The position numbers and the translations under genes were made by a program. Below, in pieces: positions 28,428-38,444 of a DNA stretch of 64,000 nt. The notes beneath the pieces are model-generated. The model saw nothing but the letters and a program-made list of their open reading frames with translations, had not been told where the DNA came from and made no database searches. Each line of letters begins with the position of its first letter. The first letter of the stretch is position 1. Origin of the DNA: a virus; IMG/VR virus record IMGVR_UViG_3300024054_000269, positions 118,303 through 182,302 of that record; one strand, given 5' to 3'.

Positions 28428-28847
28428 TTATTTAACTGAATGAAGGCTTCTGAATGGAGGCATGGTTTGAATTTCAATGTTTTGTAGGTATTCTGACGTT
28501 ATTTCGTTTCCATGCATCCATTCAACACTATCACCACCATCGTTTTTATGCCAGACTGACACATCAATATTCTTTAACATTTTCATGACATTTTTTAAGG
28601 TCATTTTGGTTTTTAATGCTTGTTTAATAGCATCGTATAAACCTTCTTTCTCAAAGTCGACCAAAATATAAGAATCCGGACCAGATCTGGCTAAATAATA
28701 ATCCGGGTAAACATCCTTTGGAAATCCAACAATACTCGGATCAATTCCGGCAAATGGGTCTTTTTGAAGAAGTCTGTCCGTAATATCAATTACGTCCCCA
28801 GATGTAATTGTTGATGATATCTTCGCAGCAATACGATGAAAATCCAT
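28428..28847 (-). CDS. Hypothetical protein, N-terminal IAxRIA family
   Basis: MDFHRIAAKISS. Confidence 0.6.
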   Translation of the reverse strand: MDFHRIAAKISSTITSGDVIDITDRLLQKDPFAGIDPSIVGFPKDVYPDYYLARSGPDSYILVDFEKEGLYDAIKQALKTKMTLKNVMKMLKNIDVSVWHKNDGGDSVEWMHGNEITSEYLQNIEIQTMPPFRSLHSVK

Positions 28848-28890
28848 AATTTCCGTAATTAGTTATGAATAAAAGACTATAATTGCCCAA

Positions 28891-29346
28891 CTATCCTTCA
28901 ACTATTAGCTTTACCATATCCATGTCACATTTGTCTTTGTCGTGACCCTTAGATACTCTTGAGTGTCTACCTGGGATTGGTTTGTTGCATCTCGGGCACA
29001 ACGTGTCTTTCTTTTTTTCAGGTGAATCATATTTTGGAATGTGATATGATATTACGTATTGATAATCATACGGGTGAAGTTGTTTTCTTTGTTTATTTTT
29101 AAATTCATATTTCTCAATTCTTGAGAAATATGAATTGTACAAAGAATTGCTCTGAAAACCAAGTTTTAGTTTTTGTTTCTGTTGTCTTTGTTTTTCATCT
29201 CGTCTCAAACATTCGTTTATACAGTCTTGGACATGAACCGCGTTTTCACGCAGGGCTTCGCTTAAAGCATTGATAGTTACATATGGCTTATGCCAATCTC
29301 TTAGTTTAGAAGTAATTCTATTAAAAATGTCAGGTCGGTAGCGCAT
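28891..29346 (-). CDS. Hypothetical protein with CxxC and C-terminal tag
   Basis: CPRC..CDMDMVKLIVEG*. Confidence 0.6.
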   Translation of the reverse strand: MRYRPDIFNRITSKLRDWHKPYVTINALSEALRENAVHVQDCINECLRRDEKQRQQKQKLKLGFQSNSLYNSYFSRIEKYEFKNKQRKQLHPYDYQYVISYHIPKYDSPEKKKDTLCPRCNKPIPGRHSRVSKGHDKDKCDMDMVKLIVEG

Positions 29347-29693
29347 TTAATTCACCTGATCAGATCCTTCTTGCATTTCTTGTTCTGCTATCAAATTTGC
29401 AATAAATCCTTCCTGTTCAAATTTACAAATTTGAATTTCTACTGATGATATATACCCTGGAAGGGTATCAAATTCTAACACCACATCTTTCGTACCATGA
29501 AACTTACGTGTCTTTTTGTCGGTCAGCTCGAAAGTAGCCAACACCTTCATGTAGTTGTAACTTTACACCGTTTTCAACGTCTTCTTTTAAGTTATGGCTA
29601 ATCATATAAGCATTTACATATATGATATGGTTATCTTCTTCAGTAATCATATGAAGATCATGATTCTCCCACCACATTTCCTTTACACAATAG

Positions 29694-29930
29694 TTAACCA
29701 TTGATAACCTCCTCTGTTTTTAGACAATTTTCACATTTATATTTTGATTCAAAGTCCGGTGTCAGTAAATCGCTCACACTTTCTGTACGTTTCTTACGTG
29801 CAACCCAATCTTTTGGCTTGTCAAATTTTAAATATAATTTGTTCCACGGATCGAAGCACAACTTAGCTTCACCTGGTATTACAACACCGCAATAATCGCA
29901 TGTAAAATTTATTACTATAGAAAGCCCCAT
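29694..29930 (-). CDS. Zinc-binding protein with C-terminal tag
   Basis: CDYCG..CENCLKTEEVING*. Confidence 0.6.
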   Translation of the reverse strand: MGLSIVINFTCDYCGVVIPGEAKLCFDPWNKLYLKFDKPKDWVARKKRTESVSDLLTPDFESKYKCENCLKTEEVING

Positions 29931-30287
29931 ATGACAATTTTACATTGTTTAAGAATGGCTTTGCATTCAGCCTACAGTTCATGTAGGTTTGAAAGGTTAG
30001 ACGAAGATTTAATATTGAAATTTGAGAACTTGGCAAAATATGAATTTATCAAACTCATTGCCAACAATTACCCAAATTATGTAGAAGCCGCAAAGACTAT
30101 TTCCATAAGCACTGTGTATACCGGATTTTGTTTAATCAGATTCAACATGAGATCATCAAGCTTCAACATGAGATCATCAAGCATAGACCTCGAACTTTAT
30201 GTGGATATAAATGACATATTGATGAAATCAAAAATATTACAAGAAATTAACGATGAACAAAAAACCTCAGAGATTATTAACGCATAA
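29931..30287 (+). CDS. Hypothetical protein with C-terminal tag
   Basis: Ends KTSEIINA*. Confidence 0.6.
   Translation: MTILHCLRMALHSAYSSCRFERLDEDLILKFENLAKYEFIKLIANNYPNYVEAAKTISISTVYTGFCLIRFNMRSSSFNMRSSSIDLELYVDINDILMKSKILQEINDEQKTSEIINA
30141..30182. repeat. Perfect 21-bp in-frame tandem duplication
   Basis: ttcaacatgagatcatcaagc x2. Confidence 0.9.
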
Positions 30288-30734
30288 TCAGGCTGATAAT
30301 ACATCAAGAGATTTCAATTCATCGACTGTTAGAATAAGTGAAAGGGCCTTCGGTAAAAATTCATCAGCACCATTTTCAGTACCACCAACTTCAGTTTTCC
30401 AATCTTTGTTTATAAAGTATTTGGCTAACCCAGCAGCAGTGTCCCAACGTATAGAATTAAACAGTTGGTTTCTTAAACTATCAAGTTCCTGGTATGAACC
30501 GCATGTTTCTAAAGCATCACATCCAGAACAAGACCCCCATCCAAACACTAAAAAACCATATTGAATGTCATTTTTGACATGACGACGTAATAAACACCAA
30601 CTAGAACCTTGATATTCACCAAGTTCGTGTATTAATAAAGCTTCTACATCCATACTTTTTATTAAATCTGAATATGAATGTGCCCCGTTGTAATTACCAT
30701 TTACATTAGGAAAGCATTCTTCAATCGGTTTCAT
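30288..30734 (-). CDS. Hypothetical phage protein
   Basis: YQGSSW..GWGSCSGCDA; ends SLDVLSA*. Confidence 0.65.
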   Translation of the reverse strand: MKPIEECFPNVNGNYNGAHSYSDLIKSMDVEALLIHELGEYQGSSWCLLRRHVKNDIQYGFLVFGWGSCSGCDALETCGSYQELDSLRNQLFNSIRWDTAAGLAKYFINKDWKTEVGGTENGADEFLPKALSLILTVDELKSLDVLSA

Positions 30735-31269
30735 TCTTAACCACCGGACTTATTAAAATGTTTACTTGTCTTCCTTTTACATGATTATACAATTCTGAAT
30801 CAAATGGTGCACCAGCATAAAATCCCTCTGGAACTATAATGTGTTTTCCACCACAACGTTTGTCTTTACATTTTACCGCGTCCGGATGTTTCATCGGATT
30901 ATAACCAGGACGAGGTACTCTAAATGAAGTTAGTTCAAATTCAGATCTTAAAGTTGGATCTACCCAGGCGTTAAGTCTAGTTTGCTGATAATCGACCCCT
31001 TCAAATTGAACACCAACTAATGGAAGTCTGAACGCATACGCTGAATCGTGCTCAAAATCAGTTGCTCCGCCGCTTAAATAAGCTTTCAACACCCAACGCC
31101 CATCCGGATGGTCACGATATGTGACCAAACATGATTGACCGCACGTAATCCAAGTGAACCTTGGTCTAGTTGAATTATCTGAATCATCTTGAATATAAAC
31201 AACAGTCAGACATAAATTAGAATGTCTGGTTATTTTTCTCAGATCTGTAGTTTCCAGTTTGAACGTCAT
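30721..31269 (-). CDS. Hypothetical protein
   Basis: 182-aa ORF. Confidence 0.65.
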   Translation of the reverse strand: MTFKLETTDLRKITRHSNLCLTVVYIQDDSDNSTRPRFTWITCGQSCLVTYRDHPDGRWVLKAYLSGGATDFEHDSAYAFRLPLVGVQFEGVDYQQTRLNAWVDPTLRSEFELTSFRVPRPGYNPMKHPDAVKCKDKRCGGKHIIVPEGFYAGAPFDSELYNHVKGRQVNILISPVVKNETD

Positions 31270-31453
31270 GGTTTAGTCCTATACGGACCGTCATCTTTGA
31301 TTTTCTCATCAGTCAAGACTTCAACAGAACAGGTTAAGTCTTTTCCATAATTCGGAAATTCCGGATTACAAACTCGACTTTTATCGATATTGAAATTTTT
31401 TACTACATAGTTCCTGACTATTCTACATAACTCTTCTTGATTGAAAACGTACT

Positions 31454-32266
31454 TCATATTGACTCCCTTAAATTGTTGTATAAATTGGCATATAAAACTT
31501 CCGGATTATTTTCTGACAAACCTGACATCTGTCCATCGTTTAATTCTATTACGATCCATTCACCAGATTCAGTTTGGGCCACGTCAATGGTGAAAAAATT
31601 GATATTTGATTTGATTGAGTTTATGGCTTTGGCCATAAACTCAATCGGAACTTCTTGAGATGATGGAATTTTCCCAAGTTTTTCTTTTATTTCCTCTACA
31701 TGTGAAGACCAATAATAACCGCTACTTATAACGCGGCCGTTTAATATGAAAAATCTGAATTCTTTAGTTATTGGTAAATCTTGCAATCCGATCATGTAAG
31801 TATGTAACGGAATATATTGTCTTATTATTATGTCTTGTTCACCAATCAATGAATCTGCACACAATAAACTGTGAATTTCTATGGCTCTTTTCTTATCTTC
31901 AGCAAACATGTGGCTCTTCCATAGAAATTTCTTTGAATTAGTCTCGCCTTTAAGCACAAAAGGACCATCTTCTGGCAAATCTTCAAGTCTAGTCCAAGTT
32001 TTTGGTGTGAGACCGTCCAAATCAACTGCCCAATTTTTGCAATCTGCAACATATTTGTGCTGTTTGTAAGTATTGATTAATTTTGCGTTAACAGACTTAA
32101 TATCATCCTCTAATTCTTTATAAAATGGTAATACACTGTATCTACCAATTACTAAATCGTCAGATTTAATTTGCATCCTAGATGAATAACATTCAAAATA
32201 CTCATTCGCCGAATTGGATTCGTATTTCCAGTCACCTAAGTCCCTGTATAGTATGACAGGATTCAT
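31454..32266 (-). CDS. ATP-grasp domain protein (R2K-like clade)
   Basis: FVLKG, KEFRFFIL, FFTIDVA, WIVIELNDGQMSG. Confidence 0.8.
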   Translation of the reverse strand: MNPVILYRDLGDWKYESNSANEYFECYSSRMQIKSDDLVIGRYSVLPFYKELEDDIKSVNAKLINTYKQHKYVADCKNWAVDLDGLTPKTWTRLEDLPEDGPFVLKGETNSKKFLWKSHMFAEDKKRAIEIHSLLCADSLIGEQDIIIRQYIPLHTYMIGLQDLPITKEFRFFILNGRVISSGYYWSSHVEEIKEKLGKIPSSQEVPIEFMAKAINSIKSNINFFTIDVAQTESGEWIVIELNDGQMSGLSENNPEVLYANLYNNLRESI

Positions 32267-32576
32267 GAAAAAATATACAACTGATAAAGAAGATTTTGAT
32301 TCAATGTTATGTCTTGAATCAATAATGAGAGATATGTTATTCGAGGATACAAAAGTTGGTGAAATTAAACAAGAAGAGTTTTTAAATAAAAATCAAGAAG
32401 GTGACACATATGACAAATATATAGAAAAAAGAATTAGTGGTTTGGATGAGTTAATAAAAACAAACGATGTCTTAGAACAAGACACTGGCACATTTAAATA
32501 TCATGGGTCAAAAATACCAACTTGTGTAACTATCGACGTAGAAACCGGAGAAATAACAGAGTTTGAAAAAAGCTGA
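32265..32576 (+). CDS. Hypothetical protein
   Basis: MKKYTTD...; ATG overlaps the ATG of the divergent ATP-grasp gene (CATG). Confidence 0.5.
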   Translation: MKKYTTDKEDFDSMLCLESIMRDMLFEDTKVGEIKQEEFLNKNQEGDTYDKYIEKRISGLDELIKTNDVLEQDTGTFKYHGSKIPTCVTIDVETGEITEFEKS

Positions 32577-32589
32577 CGTCGTTCAAATG

Positions 32590-32811
32590 TCATTTTGTTC
32601 TGTGTGTTATTAAACCGTGTGTCAAATCATAGGGTGAAACTGCAACTCTAACTTTATCACCTGGAAGAACTCTTATGTGATTTCTTCTCATGCGACCTGA
32701 AAGTTGGGCTCGAACGTGTGAGCTTGATTGTGTTAATTTGATGTTATATTGACCACCACCCATGGCTTCTTCAACAACACCATCAAGTTCTATTAAGTCG
32801 CCTTTGCTCAT
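32590..32811 (-). CDS. infA: Translation initiation factor IF-1
   Basis: IELDGVVEEA, AQLSGRMRRNHIRVLPGDKVRVAVSPYDLTHGLITHR. Confidence 0.95.
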   Translation of the reverse strand: MSKGDLIELDGVVEEAMGGGQYNIKLTQSSSHVRAQLSGRMRRNHIRVLPGDKVRVAVSPYDLTHGLITHRTK

Positions 32812-33116
32812 CCGTATAACACCTCAAGTGTTCTAACCTGTGCTATTAAATCTTCTTCTGACGTAGCAGTCAAGAGAAACACGTTAACTAATTTTTGTTG
32901 CATGTTTGACCGCAAAAATGGATTTGTTAATATTGCTTCGTACAACAATAAATTGTTTTGTTCCGCATAATCAATAGCCACATATGTTTGTGCTTTCCTT
33001 ATCGTGGTTGATTGACTAGAACATTTCGCATATGAATATGATTCAACAATCGATTCCGGAAGACGTTTCAATATGCGGCATACTTCTTCAGGTGCTGCTA
33101 ATGGAAATTTATTCAT
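32808..33116 (-). CDS. Hypothetical protein, near-match C-terminal tag
   Basis: Ends RTLEVLYG*. Confidence 0.55.
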   Translation of the reverse strand: MNKFPLAAPEEVCRILKRLPESIVESYSYAKCSSQSTTIRKAQTYVAIDYAEQNNLLLYEAILTNPFLRSNMQQKLVNVFLLTATSEEDLIAQVRTLEVLYG

Positions 33117-33341
33117 TATTAATCGTACTCGTACTCATGCTGGTTTCTAAATCATAACTTGATTGTGAATTTTGCCATGCAAATTTATCTGGCATAAATC
33201 TGACTGTTACAATCCCTGATGTTTTATTTGTAGAAACATATTGAACATAATCTGGTGCAAAATAGTCAGTTCTAACGTCTTTCATTGCATGCCCCGGTTT
33301 TAACATCTTAATTCGTTTCCAAGGTTTACACTCTTCTGAGG

Positions 33342-33779
33342 TTACCAATCAACGATCTCATTTGAAATTACACTACCGTTATCTTTTTTCTTATTCCAAT
33401 ATCCGACCGGAGGCGTGTTGATGTTTAATTTTTTGCATCTACGTCTTAGTGTCAAAATTGAAACGCCAATTTCTTTAGCAGCTTCATGCATTGGTTTTGA
33501 CCAAATTAACTTATGCAAATCAATTGGTTCAACTTGGACAGCCAAGGCATTTGGTGGTTCATCATTTAATACAACATCTTGTGCTTCTTTAGTTACACCA
33601 AATTTTGGTAATTTTTGAAATATTTTTGATCGTTCCTTTTCTCCAATTTTTTCAGGCCTTTGAAAAATTGGGTTACTACAAATTATAGAATGCCAATGTA
33701 TGCAATTTATGCAATGAGATAAACTACAACCACAACATGTAATAAAATCAGTTTCTTTCTTACATCTGCTGCAAAACAT
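33342..33779 (-). CDS. Zinc-finger + HTH protein
   Basis: Cys-rich N-terminus; WSKPMHEAAKEIGVSILTLRRRCKKLNINTPPVGYW. Confidence 0.6.
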   Translation of the reverse strand: MFCSRCKKETDFITCCGCSLSHCINCIHWHSIICSNPIFQRPEKIGEKERSKIFQKLPKFGVTKEAQDVVLNDEPPNALAVQVEPIDLHKLIWSKPMHEAAKEIGVSILTLRRRCKKLNINTPPVGYWNKKKDNGSVISNEIVDW

Positions 33780-33793
33780 AAACAACCGTACGT

Positions 33794-34081
33794 TTATATT
33801 TTGTTGGTTTTCACAACCAAATCACACCATTCGGCAATAATGTCGCCGTGGCATGCTTGTGGTGAACAGTAACAACCAAGCGTTTTGTTTGAACAAGTTT
33901 TATAAACTAATTTAGCAAACGAATGATCAGAGTTTATTTTTTCATAAAACCAAATTCTGTATTTGTCTATAACTTCCTGACGATTTCCGTCTTTACCAAT
34001 TATGAACTTGTTGCCAAATGGTCCAGGTCTACCAATGTAAATATCGTACTTCTCACGACGCAGATTGACAACTTTGGTCAT
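33794..34081 (-). CDS. DUF4326 family protein
   Basis: YDIYIGRPGPFGNKF, LGCYCSPQACHGD. Confidence 0.85.
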   Translation of the reverse strand: MTKVVNLRREKYDIYIGRPGPFGNKFIIGKDGNRQEVIDKYRIWFYEKINSDHSFAKLVYKTCSNKTLGCYCSPQACHGDIIAEWCDLVVKTNKI

Positions 34082-34548
34082 GAATCTATCACATCAGAAG
34101 TGGTCAAACAGTTTGTTATTTCTGAGACCATTTTTTGTATTTGGTATGCATCAATTCCCTTATTTAGTAAGGATCTTATTGTTGTTGAAAGTTTTAGTGT
34201 CAGTTCAGGAACCTGAGAAGAAGTTGCGAAATTGTTAACATTATCGGTAAATTGAACCATAAACTCATATGGTGATTTAACATACCACAAATGTAAATCT
34301 TCACCAATTAAACAAGCCATAATATGGCTACGTGTGTTTAATGGGTTTACAGCTTCAACGAATCTTTTTATTGAAACCTGATCACCATTGGCAGCTTTTA
34401 TGATAGATCTTTTCGTTAGCTTCTTTTGGAAGATTTTTATTATCGCGTCAGGTTTTGGATCAATTTTTCGTTTGTAACCAGAACTTAACAATGATCTCGC
34501 CCGATTTAACCCAACAACATCTGATAACATGAAAAAATGAAGATTCAT
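34078..34548 (-). CDS. Hypothetical protein with C-terminal tag
   Basis: Ends LTTSDVIDS*. Confidence 0.6.
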   Translation of the reverse strand: MNLHFFMLSDVVGLNRARSLLSSGYKRKIDPKPDAIIKIFQKKLTKRSIIKAANGDQVSIKRFVEAVNPLNTRSHIMACLIGEDLHLWYVKSPYEFMVQFTDNVNNFATSSQVPELTLKLSTTIRSLLNKGIDAYQIQKMVSEITNCLTTSDVIDS

Positions 34549-35141
34549 GGTTGATTATCTATCAAGTTCAATATATAATCATTTGGTTCTTCAACAACAC
34601 TCAATGGTCCAATTTTCTTTATATTATCGTTTGGAATATTATTCATGTCTATATCTTTTAAACTTACAAAACCAACAAACATTCTATCTAATATTAAATT
34701 TCGATTTTTCAAATTTTGAAACATATTTGAAGTACCAGAAACAAAACTCAATGGATTGAATACAATATCAAATTCAATGTTATCTGGAGGTGGGTAACCG
34801 AATTCCAATTGGAATCTGATTTTCCATCTTTCAACGGATTTTTCAAGTTTTGGCATCAAGACTAACGCGTATTTACCGTCTTTAGAAAACATATATAAAT
34901 CAAACCACAAAGAAGGATCATTTTCTGACCATTCTATTAAATGTTCAGAAAGTTTATCGGCTTCATCATATACCAAAACTGGCATGACATGCCCATTGTC
35001 GTCAGATACCCATACGCAAGCTTGTGCTGATACAGGGTATTCCATGTGTTCTTTGATGAAATTTGACAATTCTTCATTAGTGGTTGGATAGTCTCTATAC
35101 CTAAGTTTTGGCATATAAGATACCAATATTATTTGATTCAT
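34545..35141 (-). CDS. Hypothetical protein
   Basis: 198 aa; TG TAATTT CAAAT ATG. Confidence 0.65.
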   Translation of the reverse strand: MNQIILVSYMPKLRYRDYPTTNEELSNFIKEHMEYPVSAQACVWVSDDNGHVMPVLVYDEADKLSEHLIEWSENDPSLWFDLYMFSKDGKYALVLMPKLEKSVERWKIRFQLEFGYPPPDNIEFDIVFNPLSFVSGTSNMFQNLKNRNLILDRMFVGFVSLKDIDMNNIPNDNIKKIGPLSVVEEPNDYILNLIDNQP

Positions 35142-35341
35142 ATTTGAAATTACACTAATCTAGTTAAATTTAGACTCAGACACAATATTATTAATCCTTT
35201 TCTCTAATTTAGACCACATTTTAAAATGTGGATGACCTTCATCACAATCAGACGGATGTGTACACGTTTCGCAATTTTTTGTTACATCAAAGAATAACTT
35301 TAAATCTTTGATCAATTGAATCAGTAATTTTTCACGTGATA

Positions 35342-35605
35342 TCATCGTGAATTTGGTAGTAAAGGTAAAAAACGTTTTCTTTGTGTTTTTGACCTATCAG
35401 TATTAGCCTTCTTACATGGATCGCACCGGCAACCTTTTCTATAACTACCATACGTTCCGTGTTCCTTAACAGAATTTCGCTCTCTTGAGTAAAATGCAAC
35501 ACAATGAGAACGACAGCAAAACACACGAACCCCGTGTATTTGTCGCCTCTCTCTTTTAAACTTTCTACCACAAAGGGCACATTCTACATCAAGAACAGTT
35601 GTCAT
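35342..35605 (-). CDS. Zinc-binding phage protein
   Basis: CALCG, HGTYGSYRKGCRCDPC. Confidence 0.6.
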   Translation of the reverse strand: MTTVLDVECALCGRKFKRERRQIHGVRVFCCRSHCVAFYSRERNSVKEHGTYGSYRKGCRCDPCKKANTDRSKTQRKRFLPLLPNSR

Positions 35606-35608
35606 TTG

Positions 35609-35878
35609 TTATGGTTCTGCAAAAGCAGGACATTTATAACCACAATATTTACATCCGACTTCGCGGTTGTCTTCGTATGGATCAAAATGTTTTTCATACG
35701 CATGACCACAACCACGGCGAGCGCATTCAACAAATTGGTTGTGGCTGTGATCTAGTTTTCTTTTTCCGTATCCAAGACCGCACAATGCTTCATACAATTT
35801 CTGCTGATCAAATTGATCGCCGTTCCTATAAGCATCGCAGAATTCATATAAAACTAATTCTTCATGAAATTCCATCAC
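35609..35878 (-). CDS. Hypothetical Cys/His-rich protein
   Basis: CARRGCGHAYEKH..CKYCG..C. Confidence 0.6.
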   Translation of the reverse strand: MMEFHEELVLYEFCDAYRNGDQFDQQKLYEALCGLGYGKRKLDHSHNQFVECARRGCGHAYEKHFDPYEDNREVGCKYCGYKCPAFAEP

Positions 35879-36285
35879 CAGTCACTCCCATAGCCGTCAT
35901 CGTGGTTGCGACGTCGTTTGTTCTTCTTTTTAAATTTTCTTGGCTCAGATTCACTACTGGTCGGTGGCGGTGAAAATTGACTCTGTCCAAATGACTGTCT
36001 ATTATTTTGAAAATTTGGTCTAGGTCCTGATTTATCTCTCTCTTTTGCTTCACTAACTCTCATAGACCTTCCGTCAATTTCTCTTCCATCTAATGCCAAT
36101 ATAGCTGATTGTGCCTCTGCGTCAGAACCAAGCGTAACGAACGCAAAACCTTTTGACCTTCCAGTTTCACGATCAATTATTACGTCAATTCTTTTTACAG
36201 TTCTTCCATCTTCGGAAAAAACCGATCTCAACGTGAGCTCGGTCGTGTTATATGATAAATTGCCTACGTATACTCTATCACCCAT
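35875..36285 (-). CDS. RRM (RNP-1) RNA-binding protein
   Basis: RNP2 VYVGNL, RNP1 RSKGFAFV, DGRSMRVSEA; SD AGGA. Confidence 0.95.
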   Translation of the reverse strand: MGDRVYVGNLSYNTTELTLRSVFSEDGRTVKRIDVIIDRETGRSKGFAFVTLGSDAEAQSAILALDGREIDGRSMRVSEAKERDKSGPRPNFQNNRQSFGQSQFSPPPTSSESEPRKFKKKNKRRRNHDDGYGSDW

Positions 36286-36296
36286 TTTATGACATC

Positions 36297-36881
36297 CTAT
36301 GTTTTATGTTCTTCATGAAGATCGACATTTGTCAATTCTTCGTCATCTTTTGGTAGAACCGTAACAACGAATGGAACGCATCCTACTCCGTCTCGTTTTA
36401 TAACAAACATACAACCGGACGGAGACATCCATAATTCGTCCCCGTGTTTTGATTTCTGATTAATTCTTTTAGATTCATAAACCAACTCTCTGATTTTAAT
36501 TTCTGCTTCATTCCTTGATAGATTAGGTTCCCACCTTTTGATATACCTATCAACGGCATGATCAGCTATATCAATTTCACCTTTTCCAAGTCTTCCGCGT
36601 CTTTTTGAATCTAGTGAAGTTTTACTCTTTTTTGGCGGTTTATATTTACCTATGTATTTCGGCGGACGAGAATTCTTCATTAATCTTGCATATGATAGTC
36701 TTAAATCAGGGGCAAATCTCAAATTGAAAGCTGCCTTTGGCCCGCCAGATAAAAGTTTGTGCATCACTTTTTTAAGAAGTGACGGGTCAGCTGAGGCAAG
36801 ATATGAAAGTTTATTCATCTCTTCTTTCGAGAGATTATCTTCACAGCATTTATCAACTAATTTTTTCAGTTCATCGTTCAA
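36297..36881 (-). CDS. Hypothetical protein
   Basis: 194 aa; IADHAVDRY motif. Confidence 0.6.
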   Translation of the reverse strand: MNDELKKLVDKCCEDNLSKEEMNKLSYLASADPSLLKKVMHKLLSGGPKAAFNLRFAPDLRLSYARLMKNSRPPKYIGKYKPPKKSKTSLDSKRRGRLGKGEIDIADHAVDRYIKRWEPNLSRNEAEIKIRELVYESKRINQKSKHGDELWMSPSGCMFVIKRDGVGCVPFVVTVLPKDDEELTNVDLHEEHKT

Positions 36882-37207
36882 CTTTCCACCAGACTTTGAA
36901 TCTTTAAAAGATCTAAATCAGTCATTAAATCTGATATATTATAATTACCATATTCGTGTATTATTTTGAATTCATAGCCCACCTGACCAAATCCAACTAC
37001 AAATTTTGACGTTGACGTTGGTGCGCACGCATCTTCTTGAAATTCACCTTCCCATCCATCAATTATTTTATGTTTTTTTAGTTTATCAAGAACTAATTTA
37101 ATTCTATTGTTCACATGTTCATGTGCAACATTCATTTCAATAAGTTTCAAAATGTTGTTCAGAATGGCCTCGTATGCAATTAATCTTTTCTCTATTAAAT
37201 TCAACAT
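36878..37207 (-). CDS. Hypothetical protein with C-terminal tag
   Basis: Ends KIQSLVES*; upstream TGTAATTTCAA(A) duplicated in tandem. Confidence 0.6.
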   Translation of the reverse strand: MLNLIEKRLIAYEAILNNILKLIEMNVAHEHVNNRIKLVLDKLKKHKIIDGWEGEFQEDACAPTSTSKFVVGFGQVGYEFKIIHEYGNYNISDLMTDLDLLKIQSLVES

Positions 37208-37603
37208 TTGAAATTACATTTGAAATTACAACACAGGCAGAAAAAATTTCCAAATCAATATCATTTGGCCAATTTGAACTACCACTATAAGGGATTACTT
37301 CAACATCCGAATGCAAACACATTTAATCTATCCTATTATCCAAGTCGTAGAGGATGCTTAATAAACTATCAAATGATATACTGTCAATATTTGGTAAACA
37401 AATATTGTCAATCCCATCAATTTTGAGCGAACAATTATGTTTGTTTATTATTAAAACAAAATCACGTTTAACACTAGGCGTAATTAACTCGAATGATTTC
37501 GAAATTGGTGCTGAAATTTTGTTCTCATTTATTAAGTTAATAATAGTTTCAGACATGGATTTAATTATTTCATTTTGGTCATCTTCAACACGCAGAACAT
37601 ATT

Positions 37604-37981
37604 TCATGTATACAACATCTCCATAGTTTTATGTTCGTCAATTTTCTGCTTCAGTTTATCAACTAACAAATAATAAAAGGTCTCATGATTTAATTCAGTT
37701 AAATTATGTACAACAACGTAAGCTTCAGATATTGGAGTTACGTACAATCTCCAACCATTACTATGTCTTTCTTTAGCAAAAACATACAAATCGCCATGAT
37801 ATGGGGTCGACGTTTCACTGAATCTAAACATAATTGACGTTCTATCAACTCTTACATGTTTAGGCTTAAGGTACTTGGATAATCTTTCACTATATGGATT
37901 ATATGGATCAACCCATCCAATTTCTCTTAACACACTCTTCAAATACTCAAGCTGAAGCTCCTTGGCAGTCAGTTCCATCAT
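37604..37981 (-). CDS. Hypothetical protein, near-match C-terminal tag
   Basis: Ends KTMEMLYT*; SD GAGGA. Confidence 0.6.
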   Translation of the reverse strand: MMELTAKELQLEYLKSVLREIGWVDPYNPYSERLSKYLKPKHVRVDRTSIMFRFSETSTPYHGDLYVFAKERHSNGWRLYVTPISEAYVVVHNLTELNHETFYYLLVDKLKQKIDEHKTMEMLYT

Positions 37982-38081
37982 TGTTTCCTCCGATAACTGC
38001 GGAGGCAGGAGGACCTCTTATTCTGGTCATCATATATAACATTACACTCTTACAAAACGATTTGCAGATGTAATGTATATT

Positions 38082-38444
38082 ATGCTAGTTGAGGGGTTCC
38101 AAAAATTATGGGGTAAAATAAATAACCCAAGTTCAGGTTCCCCAGATGTCTCAATTGGTGATATCTTAACGTTGATGGCAAAAATACTATCTGAGTATGA
38201 TAACAGAAACTTAGAGCCTATCGATAAATGGGTGTTAGCTTATTTAAATATTACAAACGGTTCTGCCAAAATGGATATCGTATTTTCTTGGCAGGACGCT
38301 GCAATTGGTCCAACTTATGGTATGCCATTTGATGAATTAGAAAAAAGAAGACATGAAGAATCAAAAAATATTAATAAAGCTGTGAAGAAATTAATTAATT
38401 CAAAATTAATAAAACTTGAAAGCGAAAAACTTTGTCTGGTGTAG
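38082..38444 (+). CDS. Hypothetical protein
   Basis: TG TAATGT ATATT ATG sets the start at 38082. Confidence 0.6.
   Translation: MLVEGFQKLWGKINNPSSGSPDVSIGDILTLMAKILSEYDNRNLEPIDKWVLAYLNITNGSAKMDIVFSWQDAAIGPTYGMPFDELEKRRHEESKNINKAVKKLINSKLIKLESEKLCLV

Noticed and set aside
37998-38009. CCTGCCTCCGCA resembling a tRNA-fMet 3' end
   Set aside because: No T-loop or 5' half; lies within a short leaderless ORF starting at 38033; likely chance.
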